A stretch of 63,159 nt of DNA, counting the filler, from Octopus bimaculoides (lineage: Eukaryota), in NCBI RefSeq assembly GCF_001194135.2. It is 5 parts of 5 records of this genome, joined end to end, with 100 filler letters (N's around TTAATTAATTAA, not from the genome) between each part and the next. Parts side by side here need not be neighbours in the genome. Positions count along the whole stretch, not along the records: positions 38,369 to 56,650 come from NC_068985.1; positions 56,751 to 61,605 come from NC_068982.1; positions 61,706 to 63,159 come from NC_068983.1; 2 more parts are not named here. The stretch is one strand, 5' to 3'. A program made the position numbers and the translations under genes. The notes under the pieces were generated by a model, which worked only from the letters and a program-made list of their open reading frames with translations, was not told the DNA's origin and did no database searches. Within the stretch, counting starts at the first letter, position 1. Each line of letters begins with the position of its first letter. Below are positions 50,265 to 63,150 of this stretch, in pieces.

Positions 50265-50705
50265 GGTGGTGGTGATGGTGGAGGAGGGATGATGATGAGG
50301 GTGGTGGTACTGCTGCTGGTGCTGCTGCTGCTACTGCTGAAAAAGGTAGTGGTGATGGAGATTGTTACGTAGGGATGGTCGTTAAATGAATATGGTGGCG
50401 TGGCTGGTGGTGGTGATGGGGTGGTGGCGTTGGCTGGTGGTGGTAGTGGTAATGGAGATGTAGGTGGTGGTGGTGCTGCTGAAAAAGGTAGCGGTGATGG
50501 AAATTGTTATGCAGGGATGGTCGTTACATGGTTGTGGTGGATGAACTTAACAACCATGGAAAGTGGTTGAGTATTCCACAGCGTAGGAGGTGGGGCTAGA
50601 TGTAGTGGTGGTGGTGGTGGTGGTGGTAGTCGTCGTGGGTGAAGATGATATTGAAATGGAAATGCAAATTGCTATCTAGGTGTGGTCGTGAAATGGTGGT
50701 GGCGG
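50265..50705. repeat. GGT/GAT-rich low-complexity array with two ~55-bp direct copies (50333 and 50476)
   Basis: GCTGCTGAAAAAGGTAG.GGTGATGG...AGGGATGGTCGTTA occurs twice. Confidence 0.85.
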
Positions 50706-51549
50706 NNNNNNNNNNNNNNNNNNNNNNNNNNNNNNNNNNNNNNNNNNNNNNNNNNNNNNNNNNNNNNNNNNNNNNNNNNNNNNNNNNNNNNNNNNNNNNN
50801 NNNNNNNNNNNNNNNNNNNNNNNNNNNNNNNNNNNNNNNNNNNNNNNNNNNNNNNNNNNNNNNNNNNNNNNNNNNNNNNNNNNNNNNNNNNNNNNNNNNN
50901 NNNNNNNNNNNNNNNNNNNNNNNNNNNNNNNNNNNNNNNNNNNNNNNNNNNNNNNNNNNNNNNNNNNNNNNNNNNNNNNNNNNNNNNNNNNNNNNNNNNN
51001 NNNNNNNNNNNNNNNNNNNNNNNNNNNNNNNNNNNNNNNNNNNNNNNNNNNNNNNNNNNNNNNNNNNNNNNNNNNNNNNNNNNNNNNNNNNNNNNNNNNN
51101 NNNNNNNNNNNNNNNNNNNNNNNNNNNNNNNNNNNNNNNNNNNNNNNNNNNNNNNNNNNNNNNNNNNNNNNNNNNNNNNNNNNNNNNNNNNNNNNNNNNN
51201 NNNNNNNNNNNNNNNNNNNNNNNNNNNNNNNNNNNNNNNNNNNNNNNNNNNNNNNNNNNNNNNNNNNNNNNNNNNNNNNNNNNNNNNNNNNNNNNNNNNN
51301 NNNNNNNNNNNNNNNNNNNNNNNNNNNNNNNNNNNNNNNNNNNNNNNNNNNNNNNNNNNNNNNNNNNNNNNNNNNNNNNNNNNNNNNNNNNNNNNNNNNN
51401 NNNNNNNNNNNNNNNNNNNNNNNNNNNNNNNNNNNNNNNNNNNNNNNNNNNNNNNNNNNNNNNNNNNNNNNNNNNNNNNNNNNNNNNNNNNNNNNNNNNN
51501 NNNNNNNNNCCCAATTCTTTGTAATCAACATCTTTAAATTGCCACCATC

Positions 51550-51815
51550 AATATGATCAACAACCACCACCATCATTTCTGCCACCACCCTCATCACCGC
51601 CACAATCACCATCATCAGAATCATGTTCCTCATTACAACCACCACCACCACCAACACCACCAACCTCGTCATCATCATCAATATTGTCATCATCACCACC
51701 ATCAGTCTCCATTACCAGAATCATGTTCCTCATTACAACCACCACCACCACCACCAGCACCACCACCCTCGTCATCATCATTGTCATCATCAATGTAATT
51801 ACCTCAGTCTTGATC

Positions 51816-51846
<31 letters not shown>

Positions 51847-51943
51847 TCATCATCACCACCATCACCACCATCACCACCATCACCACCACCACCCTCATCA
51901 TCATCGTCGTCATCAATGCAATTACTTCAATCTTGATCACCAC
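51550..51943. repeat. CAC/CAT-rich array with internal ~100-bp duplications
   Basis: CAGAATCATGTTCCTCATTACAACC occurs twice, and AATG.AATTAC.TCA.TCTTGATCACCA occurs twice. Confidence 0.85.
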
Positions 51944-52699
51944 NNNNNNNNNNNNNNNNNNNNNNNNNNNNNNNNNNNNNNNNNNNNNNNNNNNNNNNNN
52001 NNNNNNNNNNNNNNNNNNNNNNNNNNNNNNNNNNNNNNNNNNNNNNNNNNNNNNNNNNNNNNNNNNNNNNNNNNNNNNNNNNNNNNNNNNNNNNNNNNNN
52101 NNNNNNNNNNNNNNNNNNNNNNNNNNNNNNNNNNNNNNNNNNNNNNNNNNNNNNNNNNNNNNNNNNNNNNNNNNNNNNNNNNNNNNNNNNNNNNNNNNNN
52201 NNNNNNNNNNNNNNNNNNNNNNNNNNNNNNNNNNNNNNNNNNNNNNNNNNNNNNNNNNNNNNNNNNNNNNNNNNNNNNNNNNNNNNNNNNNNNNNNNNNN
52301 NNNNNNNNNNNNNNNNNNNNNNNNNNNNNNNNNNNNNNNNNNNNNNNNNNNNNNNNNNNNNNNNNNNNNNNNNNNNNNNNNNNNNNNNNNNNNNNNNNNN
52401 NNNNNNNNNNNNNNNNNNNNNNNNNNNNNNNNNNNNNNNNNNNNNNNNNNNNNNNNNNNNNNNNNNNNNNNNNNNNNNNNNNNNNNNNNNNNNNNNNNNN
52501 NNNNNNNNNNNNNNNNNNNNNNNNNNNNNNNNNNNNNNNNNNNNNNNNNNNNNNNNNNNNNNNNNNNNNNNNNNNNNNNNNNNNNNNNNNNNNNNNNNNN
52601 NNNNNNNNNNNNNNNNNNNNNNNNNNNNNNNNNNNNNNNNNNNNNNNNNNNNNNNNNNNNNNNNNNNNNNNNNNNNNNNNNNNNNNNNNNNNNNNNNNN

Positions 52700-52756
<57 letters not shown>

Positions 52757-52764
52757 CATATATA

Positions 52765-52923
52765 CGACAGGCTTCTTTCAGTTTCTGTCTACCAAATCCA
52801 CTCACAAGGCTTTGGTCGACCCGAGGCTATAGTAGAAGACACTTGCCCAAGGTGCCACGCAGTGGGACTGAACCCGGAACCATGTGGTTGGTAAGCAAGC
52901 TACTTACCACACAGCCACTCCTG
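52765..52923 (-). mobile_element. SINE family A 5' half (young copy)
   Basis: Near-consensus sequence; the 3' half is lost in the adjacent gap. Confidence 0.95.
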
Positions 52924-53046
52924 AATGTTGTTAATGCTTCTTGTATTGTTTTTTCTGTTGTAATTTTCATTACTGCTTGTTACAGCTGTTCATGTTGTTG
53001 TTGTTATTGCCATAATTGCTGTTTTTGTTGTTATTGAGCAATAAGA

Positions 53047-53250
53047 AACGTTAGCACGCCGGGCGAAATGTTTAGCGGTATTTCGTCTGGCATTACGTTC
53101 TGAGTTCAAATTCCGCCGAGGTCGACTTTGCCTTTCATCCTTCCGGGGTCGATTAAATAAGTACCAGTTACGCACTGGGTCGATGTAATCGACTTAATCC
53201 CTTTGTCTGTCCCCCCTGTGTGTAGCCCCCTGTGGGCAATAACGAAATAA
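53047..53250 (+). mobile_element. Octopus SINE family B
   Basis: GCGAAATG.TTAGCGGTATTTCGTC...GAGTTCAAATTCCGCCGAGGTCGACTTTGCCTTTCATCCTTCCGGGGTCGAT..AATAAGTACCAG. Confidence 0.92.
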
Positions 53251-53599
53251 TAATTATTATTATTGTTGCTGCTTCTGGTGTCATTCCTGTTATTACCATT
53301 TTTCTAACTGTTGTAGTCATTGTTGCTTCTACGATTGCTGCTGCTGATGTTGCTACTTATTGCTGCTGTTGCTGCTGCTGCTGGTGTTATAACCATTATT
53401 TCTGTTGTTACTATTGCTGTTGTTGCTGTGGTGGCCGTTGGCATCATTACTTTTACTCTTGGTGTTGTTGCTAGTGTTATCGTTGTCTCTACAGTTGCCT
53501 TTCTTTCTGCTGTTGAACAAGCAAACCTATGATCAAAGACATTCCAACAGTGGCCACCTTGACCTTTATTTTCCAAACATAATATATCTAAGATAGATC

Positions 53600-53820
53600 T
53601 TTCTGATTTGGCGGACACTATTTGTTTTCTAACGAAACACTTTCAAACTTGGGACACTGGTAGAATGTGTCATATAAAACATCTTTTACTCTTAGTATTG
53701 TTGAGAAAAGTTTATATTTTTCAAGTTATTTCATGTTAAAAGTTGTCGTATTTCGGTAATTTCAACCAATCACTGACGTTTACTGAGGTGAAAACAATTA
53801 CTGCTGTGGATTGTCAACAA
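53600..53820 (+). mobile_element. Fragment of the same repeat family as 40995-41816
   Basis: AAACTT.GGA.ACTGGT.GAATGTGTCA.ATA.AAC...AGTTATTTC.TGTTAAA...AACCAATCA.TGACGT is shared. Confidence 0.75.
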
Positions 53821-53859
53821 CACGTTGTAGCGGTGTAATGGGTTCTTTTCCCTTGAATA

Positions 53860-54062
53860 AAATTTGTGCCGTTGCGACTAGAGTAAGAATAGCCTGCGCA
53901 AAGTTCAGGGTGCTCCTGCCTTTGCTGGCAAATAAGGGCCTCTCAGTCTGGGGGAAAGGTAGACTGTATGATGCATGTGTGTGAACTGCCATGCTACACG
54001 GCAGTGAAACATTGACCATGACTGCTAAGGACATGCGTAGACTTGAAACGAATGAAGTTAGT
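53860..54062 (+). mobile_element. RTE LINE RT C-terminal fragment
   Basis: RVRIACAKFRVLLPLLANKGL...GRLYDACV*TAMLHGSETLTMTAKDMRRLETNE. Confidence 0.88.
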
Positions 54063-54339
54063 ACCATACCACTACACCACACACCACCACACTACCATAC
54101 CACACTACATCACACCACCCCGCACGCACTAGTACTGACCACTTCCCACACCCACACCAGCGCACACCTAAGCCCTGACCGCTTCCCAGCACCCACACAA
54201 TCATCCACATATCTACACATGCACACAAGCACACGTCAAGGTCACCAGCCCCCCTCCACATGCACATACACGCTCTCACATACATACGAAAACGTGCACC
54301 TTCGTTTTGGGATCACCACTACTTTTTTATCACCCCTTC

Positions 54340-54566
54340 TTCCTAGCTCTCCTGTGTGACCCCTTTGACCGGCATTCGCCATGATAGATCGCTAGCGACT
54401 AAACCTTTTTTTATTTTCTCTCCCTGTTTATTTCTGTGTTCCTCTCTCTTGAAGAGCGTAGGCTCGCAGCGTAAAAGACTTTCTCACTTCCCGAACGTTA
54501 GACTAATACATCTGTTTGTTGTTTACACACCCGTCTTCGTCTTTCGTTTTCTTCTTTTGTAAATTC

Positions 54567-54570
<4 letters not shown>
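54340..54570 (+). mobile_element. Penelope-like 3' tail (hammerhead core degenerate)
   Basis: TTGAAGAGCGTAGGCTCGCAGCGTAAAAGACTTTC; collinear with 23030-23190. Confidence 0.7.
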
Positions 54571-54613
<43 letters not shown>

Positions 54614-55537
54614 TTGCAGAAAGGACGCGTGCGTTCGATGATGTAATAATACAATGAATATATATACATGTATACACACATAAATGTACATACTTACATC
54701 TACATGTGTCGACATCGGCAGAAATTAGAAACTTCGAGAGAACGTGAAACAATTCATCTTTAATAGTTGAACTCAAAGTAGAATAGTTTTAAATAATAAC
54801 ATATAAATATTGGATTAAAAACGGATTATATATATATATACCTTTATTTATATATATTTATATGTATGCATGAATTCTAAGTGTGCAGGCAAATAAACTA
54901 TTTTCTTTCTTTTCAGGATCCTCAGAAGCTGATAATATTTTAAGTTCGAAGTGGATACTTCTAAACAATTTCGGCGATTCCTAACATTTGTATCATATTC
55001 TAATATATTTTACGGTTAGAATTTGGAATGATAGAATGATACAAATAAAATTCATATGGAAGAGAATGTCATTACAAACATAGAAAGAATTATGAATTCA
55101 ATGTAATTTGAAAACCGAGGACGATAGACTAAAGCATTACATGACTTTCAATTTGACATCATCATTTATAGATATGTATACAAAAGCATGCGCAAAATAT
55201 AGTATATAAATAAGTAAATAAATAGAAGATAAATGCATGAATAAATAAATAAAATAAAATAAAATAAATACTTCTATTTAAATAAATACTTCATTAAAAC
55301 TCCATAAATATTTCATTAATCTCCATAAATTGAAATATTAATATTACGTACCACAAAATTACTTCTAATACATTCTAATTTACAAACACAAATATATTGA
55401 GTTTTTCATGGCTATCAACTCCAGAATTAATGCCACAATTATCAGTCTTGTTAAATAACTGGTTATTGTTTTGAACACACACATTGAAAACTCGAGATCA
55501 CCACAATATTTGTTTCAAACTTGAATTCACCATGTAG

Positions 55538-55603
55538 AGAATCACTATAAACTACATGGCTAAATACAAGAATTCAAAAGCGTCAATAGCACCGAACCAA
55601 TGG
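55538..55603 (+). other. Candidate 66-nt phase 0-0 exon (RITINYMAKYKNSKASIAPNQW)
   Basis: Acceptor CATGTAG, consensus donor TGG|GTAAGT, single open frame. Confidence 0.25.
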
Positions 55604-56321
55604 GTAAGTTTTTGCGTAGTAATCCTTTCACGTGCAAGGAATATCGAGATATTCTGCTGTAAATTTTATTACACTATATTGAATGGGTAAAGAACAAACA
55701 TTAGGTAATCTACTTCAAAATACAGGGTAGAGCCCGAAAACTACGTCAAACATTTCAGAAGTTTAGTCTGTAGTATGTACAAATACGCATGTACAGGCAT
55801 GCATACATACATACATATCTCCCAACTACGACTGTTAAATGGATTCTGTTTATATCATAATGTGGTATAGGAATGCAGAGTAATAATCCTACATTCTTAC
55901 CCGGCTAGGGTCTATATCAGCGGCACTATTGATTTCCACCGCCTCTACTAGGCTCACCCGATTTCATTCTCAAATGGAGCCTCTAGACTCTTTACCTCCC
56001 TAGCTACATACCTATACGACCTCAAGTCCTAGATTATTATCAATAACTTATCTTGATCCGTTGATTGTGGGGCTTCCCTGTACAGCACTAAATACCGTGT
56101 TTGTAAGTTGTGTTGTCAGGAACCGCTTGCTATTCTTTGCCATCATAATACCTCGTTACTCAATAGGTTCTCTGATGTAATCTTCTTAGTGTAAGCACAA
56201 ATTCCATTACGTAAAGTTTTTATGAGTTCTTCTAATTATGTTTAAGCTCTTACTTACTATCTAAGTATTCAAGCCGCATTTTATTTTTCTATTCTCCTTG
56301 TACCACTCTCCCATTAATCAA

Positions 56322-56392
56322 GTCCCTGCCGTGAATCGAACTCGGAACCTTGGGGTTAGTAGCCCGCGCTCTTAACCACTACGCCATATGCC
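56322..56392 (-). other. tRNA-like (Ser-like anticodon loop) Pol III promoter segment directly downstream of a PLE ORF
   Basis: GGCATATGGCGTAGTGGTTAAGAGCGCGGGCTACTAACCCCAAGGTTCCGAGTTCGATTCACGG. A and B boxes are intact; the acceptor stem is unpaired. Confidence 0.7.
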
Positions 56393-56422
56393 CGTGGGCA
56401 ATTATGGGGTGAATTTTAAGGC

Positions 56423-56650
56423 TTATAAATCTATTATTTTTCTATCCTTCCTCAATACCGGTTCCCATATGCTATTCATATCTGCACTCGGTCTGCTTAG
56501 GAGGTTGTTGTGTCCTAGCATATGTGCTGCTTCTTTTAGTTTTCGTATTTTCCAGTGTTGTTCCCTGTCTATTATTTTAACTTCATCCCACAGGGGGAGG
56601 TGGTTTCCATTTTTCCATACATGATCAGCTATACCCGATTTATCGATATC
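56423..56650 (-). mobile_element. Penelope-like GIY-YIG endonuclease C-terminus: uninterrupted 75 codons to the stop, cut by an assembly join
   Basis: KSGIADHVWKNGNHLPLWDEVKIIDREQHWKIRKLKEAAHMLGHNNLLSRPS...WEPVL. Confidence 0.88.
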
Positions 56651-57191
56651 NNNNNNNNNNNNNNNNNNNNNNNNNNNNNNNNNNNNNNNNNNNNTTAATT
56701 AATTAANNNNNNNNNNNNNNNNNNNNNNNNNNNNNNNNNNNNNNNNNNNNTATATATATATATATGTATGTATGTATCACTCTTCTCTCACCTTTACTAT
56801 GCAAACTTTTTTATCGCATACTTAAACAAGTCCTTCCTTGCATGCAACAACATATCTGGATGGTCAAACAGACCATCAACCAAATCTATCTTATTAGTCT
56901 TGGCTAAGTACAAAGGCCATAAAAACTGCTATTCTTCTGCTTACAGATATATAATGATCTTTTATGATAGGACAATTATCTTAACACTTATGTTTAGTAT
57001 CTGAATTTTAATTTGAAATTCCAACTTTAAACCAACCAATATTATGTGAAAGTACTTACTTGCTACAAATCGATGTTACATCAGTTTTATTGGTGTACAA
57101 AAATGTTTCTCGCTTGCATGTGTTAACATCATTGCGATTTTTAACATATATGTCCATATAATATGAGTCATAAATATAAAGACGCATGCAT

Positions 57192-57222
<31 letters not shown>

Positions 57223-58499
57223 CAATGTGTGTATGCGCACGCGCGTGTAGATTTAATGTTGATTGTCGGAAAAATTGTATTTAATCCCATATTGGAGAAT
57301 AATAATGTATTATACTTTCGTTGAATCAGTCTCTTGCTACTCTGAGTAAATTTTAAGGATGGAGTTTTATTTAGTTGTTAAAAATCACTTTTTCTTGAAT
57401 AGTTACAACAGCATATTTACATACAGATGCGTAATTAGGATAAACATCGTTTTGTTTCTGTCAATACCGTTCCTACACCCATTAACTTTTCAAGTCATTC
57501 TCAGTCTCTTCATAACTTTTATCTTCTGCTTGTTTCATTTAGTGGTCAGCAGTCATGCTAGGTCACCGCATGGAAAAGTTTTAGTCGAACATATCGCCCC
57601 CAACGCTTATGTTTTCTTTAAAAACATAAGTGTTGGATTAAAAACAGTGGTGCATCAGCATGGCCGCAGCTCTGAGCTGAAAATACAGGAAAAAAAAGTT
57701 TCGTACATATTTTTTGGGATAGAAGTTACTAGTACAAGGTGCTGCTCACTGGACCCGAAATCACGAGGCTGCAAAGCGAGCCTCTTCACTGCACAACCAA
57801 GGCGGAATGAAGTCATAGTAGTATTGAAATATTAGTATGATATTCGCACGCTTTTTTAGGAAATATCAAGGGAATACAGTTATGAATAATAAAATCACCA
57901 ATGCTGGATTGAAACTTATTCAAGTGTTTCACTTCCGATTTAGTTCATGGTTTATTAGTCGACTCGTGTACTGCATCTCTGCGTTAATTTTAAAACTAGG
58001 ATGCTAGTTTGGTAAGCTATTGATTTTCTATTCAACGATTATCATTGCAATTTTTAGTTGCTCATAGCTGACTGTAGCTTTGGTTTTGCATCCATTGTCT
58101 CTCTTATTACGCGGTTACTTTCTCTTTCTCTTGTCTTAATAAAAGAAATGGATGTATTTTGAAATAGGCTTAACATTACGCTATTTTTCTGATTCTACAT
58201 AAAAGAATATTTCAGTGCGATGGTTTAAATGCATTCCAACATAACCTGATATAAACCTTTGCTGTGCAGCCTACCGATTCATTTCAATACTCTTGCAGAC
58301 GTTTAGTCAGGTCTCTAAAATTACATTCGGGTTAGGTAATTTGTTTGGTGTTTATAAATACTTGGCATGGTTGGAGATTTGTTTATCTTATGATGAATAC
58401 ACAACTGTGGCCAGGCTTTAAAAAAACTTTTCTTTCCAATATATATTATATGAAGGTCTGTAATATTTTAACAGTTTTTGCTTCTCTGCGTTTGTTCAG

Positions 58500-58538
58500 A
58501 TATTTCTTCTGTCGTCTGAAACGCTTAAATTGAACAAA
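58500..58538 (+). other. Candidate 39-nt phase 0-0 exon (IFLLSSETLKLNK)
   Basis: Strong pyrimidine tract plus TTCAG; donor AAA|GTAAAC. Confidence 0.2.
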
Positions 58539-59120
58539 GTAAACATAAATATTGAAACAAGTATAGCGAGTGAAAATTGAAGCGAATATAAAAAATATCA
58601 AGCGAGACAATTTGGAAAATGAGAAATGTAATTATAATACAATAACCGTTATGATTATAGGCAGAGGTCATTTTTCTTTTTCATCGTTTGAATGTAAATT
58701 CATTGTGAAAGTTAATTTGCTGCAATATTCGTTCTGAGATTATATCTCTTATAAAAGTCCTCTATTTAAAAACAATATTCTTTGGAGGCAAACGAAAATT
58801 GTTCAGCAAATTTGCTTTTCACGTAATATTTATATTAAGTATGTTACATATGACTACTTTAACCCTAATACTGCTTCTGTTATAAATACTAGGTTTTTAT
58901 TTAGCTGAGTGTCTATTCGTAATGCTAATGATAGTTTCTTCCCTGTTTGCCAATATCGGTTGCCATAAATTTCGTCTAAGCATGCAGTTGCTTGTGAATA
59001 CATGCTATAGACAACACGACGAGGCTTAAAAGCATCTAGCATTCTTAGTATAAAATAGACGAGTATAACTTACACCAAATTTTCAACGTCGTGCTATTAT
59101 AAGAAATTATGACTAATATT

Positions 59121-59300
59121 GGTTTCAAATATTGGCACAAGGCCAACAAATTGGGGGAGGAGATTAGTCGATTATATCAATCCTAGCTCTCAACGAGCAC
59201 TTATTTTATCGACTCCCAGCCTTGGTGGAATTTGAATTCTCAAGGAAAAGCCGGGTGAGATACCACAAAGCTTTTTGGCCGGTGTGGTAAAGATTTTGTA
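59121..59300 (-). mobile_element. Decayed SINE family B
   Basis: GGCACAAGGCCA...TTATTTTATCGAC...GGTGGAATTTGAA. Confidence 0.65.
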
Positions 59301-61189
59301 AGCTCTTTGCCCTTGATGTGGCTAATATTAAAATTTTATTTTACAGCAGTGGATTGGCAGTTTTCTTAGGGCATCAGACAAAATAGCTTTCGATATATAA
59401 TCTGACTATTTTCGTTCTTTATTAAAGTGACGCCAAACTCATTTTTGTCTTACATACTTCTGGGGTCGATAAAGAAATATGATTCCATCGATAAATTATA
59501 CCTGTAAATCACGAATATTGTACCTATAGCAGAAACAATAGATATTATAAATTTGTTATTTTGATCTTCGTGGTGGTCTTTCATTCGTATACAGCCAGGA
59601 AATGCAAATGTGTACATTTGTGCACTTTGGGAGTGTAAATGTGTGCATTTGTTTATTTACTTTACGTGTGTTTTCTCCATTCAGAGGTCGACAAGTCCAA
59701 AATTGATAAGTAACCATATATGTTGATATACATATAATATAGATGCACACACAGCCTATACACTATATACACACAAACACACAGACACACACTTGTTAGT
59801 ATTTATACATATCTGTATATAGGTGTATATATATGTATGCATATAAGTATGTATATACACATGCGGAGAAAGAGTTAGTCGGAACTTGGGTGTTAGGGGT
59901 TAGATAGGGAGAAAGATAGCTTTAGTGCCTATGCCAGTGCATGTGAAAGTTTATTAATCCTATGGAGATGATGAGATGTGCAGTTACAAGCAATATCAAT
60001 GACGCGGTGTGGTGCAGTGCAAAGCATTCAAAGAAAATAAGAGATGTACATTAAAAAATGTAATTAGAGAAAAGAAAGCTTCGATAGAAAACGAAACAAA
60101 AACTAAAGATAAATAATCAAACTTAAATATAGAAAATATGCATAAAAATATAAACTAATTGTTGAAAAAAATAAAATACTAGAAAATGTTTATGAAAGAA
60201 ATAAAGGCAGGCGAAGTAGTTACTTCTTCATGAATTATTATGTAAAGAAGAAAAAATAAAATATCCAAACAGAATAATTGAAAATAAAGAAGTGTAAGCA
60301 AAACAATGATGTGAAACCAATACAGGAAAGATGAAAGCGTTATTCTCTTAACCGTCTTTACATGTGTGTTGTCTATTGCGTAATATGTTTTCGCAGAAAT
60401 CGTTTGCTGGAGTGCAATATCTGTGAATGTACTTAGGTCTGCCTCAGTGCATGCATATTTAATTGCATATAGGATCTCATTTCAATGCATGAATACTCCA
60501 TGTTTATGCGAATATTTATGCATATCTAAGTGCACAAATATCTATACATATATGTGTGTGTCCGTCCGTGTATATATATATAGATATATATATATATATA
60601 TATATATACATCTACTGAAAGATACACACAAATATATATTTGAATATATATATATATTCTATATTCTTAAATACATGTGCGGCTGTGCTTGTGCGTCGGT
60701 ATGTACAACATTTTGCGTAATAATATATCCGTATTAACATAAAAAGTTAACATGTAACTTGCAGGTTTCCAGCTTTTATTGCTTAGACTTAAGAGAATAA
60801 ACTACGAATATTTTAAACTATGTAACTAGTATTAAGCCAACAATTGTAGATGGATGTTCCTGTTGTTCATGTGGGTCCACGTGTGATGTGTGTGCATGCG
60901 CATACATATATATATATATTGAGAAAAAGAAGGCAGTCAGAATATTGAATAATTCAAGACAAAATCAAAATGATAAAAAGAGAACGTTTATTTATTCGTT
61001 CATATGAATCGGATTTTTTGTTTTTATCCCTTTCATTTTGTCTTGGTCGACTTCAAAAAATGAACAAAAGTGATAATAAAGAATTATCCAAAATTCTGAG
61101 TGCCTCCTTTTTCTCACTATACAGCATCTGTACTCCACATCAAATACTTTATATATGTTTATATACACAGAAGTTGAGGTAGATGAATA

Positions 61190-61605
61190 CATTGATACAT
61201 AGATATAGGAGGATGTCCATAAATAGACTTAGTCTGTGTGTTTCACAGGCTGGGCCAGCTATGATGGGTCGCAGTTTTAGATCCCCCGGTTTGGTGTATG
61301 TATGTATGTCTTTGGTGATTTTTTGATGGTTTCATTTATGATCTGGCTTTTGTGTATTTTTGGCAGACCATTGAAAAGGCTGGGCTTGCATTTGAAGTTT
61401 GTTAGAAAATCAATCTCCTTGGTTGTCAGTTCATTTCCATGTGTTTTAATTAGTGAGGACAGGGTTTTCATTATTTTTTGTGAGGTGTAGTTTGTGACTT
61501 TTTCAGTGTTGATTGTCATCCAGCATGGAGATTATTAGGTTTCTATAGTATAATGTGTCCATTATTACAACTGCACTTCCTTTATCTGCTTCCTTAATCG
61601 TAATA
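61190..61605 (-). mobile_element. Penelope-like reverse transcriptase fragment
   Basis: IKEADKGSAVVIMD, FNGLPKIHKS and DLKLRPIIAGPACETHRLS are PLE RT motifs. Confidence 0.93.
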
Positions 61606-61705
61606 NNNNNNNNNNNNNNNNNNNNNNNNNNNNNNNNNNNNNNNNNNNNTTAATTAATTAANNNNNNNNNNNNNNNNNNNNNNNNNNNNNNNNNNNNNNN
61701 NNNNN

Positions 61706-61729
<24 letters not shown>

Positions 61730-61740
<11 letters not shown>

Positions 61741-62115
61741 TTCTTGGTGTCACGTACTTCATCATGCTGCAGGGCCTTTCTCCTCCCAGGTGTTTGGGTG
61801 AGATGCCGGCCGGAGTTCTTCATTTGTCTTTTCAGCACATCCTTGTATCACAAACTCTGACCAACACAGTTCTTCCTGCCCTGACGCAGTTAAGCATAGA
61901 AAACAGCCTTTGAGGTCCTGTTGTCATCCATCCTGCAAATATGTTCCACCCAGCGCAGCTGCAATGTGGTAGTGAGGTCCTCAACATCGACTATGCCAAC
62001 GCGGCGCTGGACCTCTACAGCAGGAATGAGATTCTGCCATTTGATATGCAAGTTAGAGCGCATATGACGAAGTTGAATCGCATGAGGGCCTCGATGTGCT
62101 CGCGGTTGAGTGTCA
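61730..62115 (-). mobile_element. RTE (BovB-like) LINE C-terminal fragment
   Basis: LHIKWQNLIPAVEVQRRVG...QLRWVEHICRMDDNRTSKAVFYA*LRQG...YKDVLKRQMK. Confidence 0.9.
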
Positions 62116-62149
62116 AATATTCTGTGTTGTTTTTGGCAGAATCATTAGT

Positions 62150-62330
62150 ATGCCGAGCGAAATGCTCGTTGATATATCGTCTGCCGCTACGTTCTGAGTT
62201 CAGATTCCGCCTAGGTCGACTTTGCTTGTCATACTTTCGGTGTCGATAAATTAAGTACTAGTTGAGTGCGGAGGTCGATGTAATCGACTTACTCCTTCCC
62301 AAAATTTCTGGCCTTGTGCTTGTAGAAAAG

Positions 62331-62335
<5 letters not shown>
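62150..62335 (+). mobile_element. SINE family B ending in (ATT)n
   Basis: Collinear with 53047-53250. Confidence 0.88.
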
Positions 62336-62392
<57 letters not shown>

Positions 62393-62424
62393 ATATACAT
62401 ATGTATAATGGATAATAATAAAAC

Positions 62425-63150
62425 GAAACGCATATATCTATTGGACATGGCGGTAGAGACCGTATGATAAAAGAATTCAATCGTCGATATAAAAACATTT
62501 CTCAGAATGAAACAAAGTTATTTTTAGGTGTTTGTGAACCTTGCCAACTAAAAAGAAATAAGAGAAAGAAAGGCATTGTGGTTAAGCCCATGGTATTTTC
62601 GCATCTCAATTCAGGATGTCAAGTAGACCTTATAGATTTTCAGTCTCAACCTGATGGAAAGAGTAAATTTAATTTAGTTTACCAAGACAACTTAACGAAG
62701 TTTGTAGTTTTAAGACCTCTTCAAATAAAGAGGGCAGAAGAAGTCACCACGCAGTTTCTCGATATACTTTTATTGCTTGATGCTCCATGTATTCTGCAGT
62801 TCGACAACGGCAGGGAATTCTGTAATAAACTTATAGACGACTTGAAAATAACTTGGCCGCAGCTTAAGATTGTACATGCTAAACTAAGGCATAGTCAGAC
62901 TCAAAGTAGCCTTGAGAAGGCCAATCAAGACATCGAAAATATGTTAACAACTTGGATGCAAGACAACCAGTCTACTTCATAGAGTCACAGACTTAAATTT
63001 ATTCAGTTCATGAAAAACAGAGCGCTTCATTCTGGTATAAAGAGAACGCCTTACGAAGCTATGTTTGGCTGTACTCCTAGAGTTGGACTATTCACAACTC
63101 CTATTCCAAGGGAAGTTTTTGAATCAGTGGAGGATGAACAACAATTTTAA
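62425..63150 (+). pseudogene. Ginger/KRBA2/SCAND3-like DDE integrase relic
   Basis: HISIGHGGRDRM...CEPCQ (HHCC), QVDLIDFQS, ILQFDNGREF, RHSQTQSSLEKANQDIE, then TAG at a conserved Trp position (62980), KNRALHSGIKRTPYEAMFG. Confidence 0.93.

Noticed and set aside
56810-56925. Minus frame LYLAKTNKIDLVDGLFDHPDML containing an NKxD-like motif
   Set aside because: No acceptor site and no other GTPase motifs nearby on that strand.
58854-59042. 62-aa minus-strand ORF (AFKPRRVVYSMYSQATAC…)
   Set aside because: No ATG start, a weak splice context and no recognisable domain.
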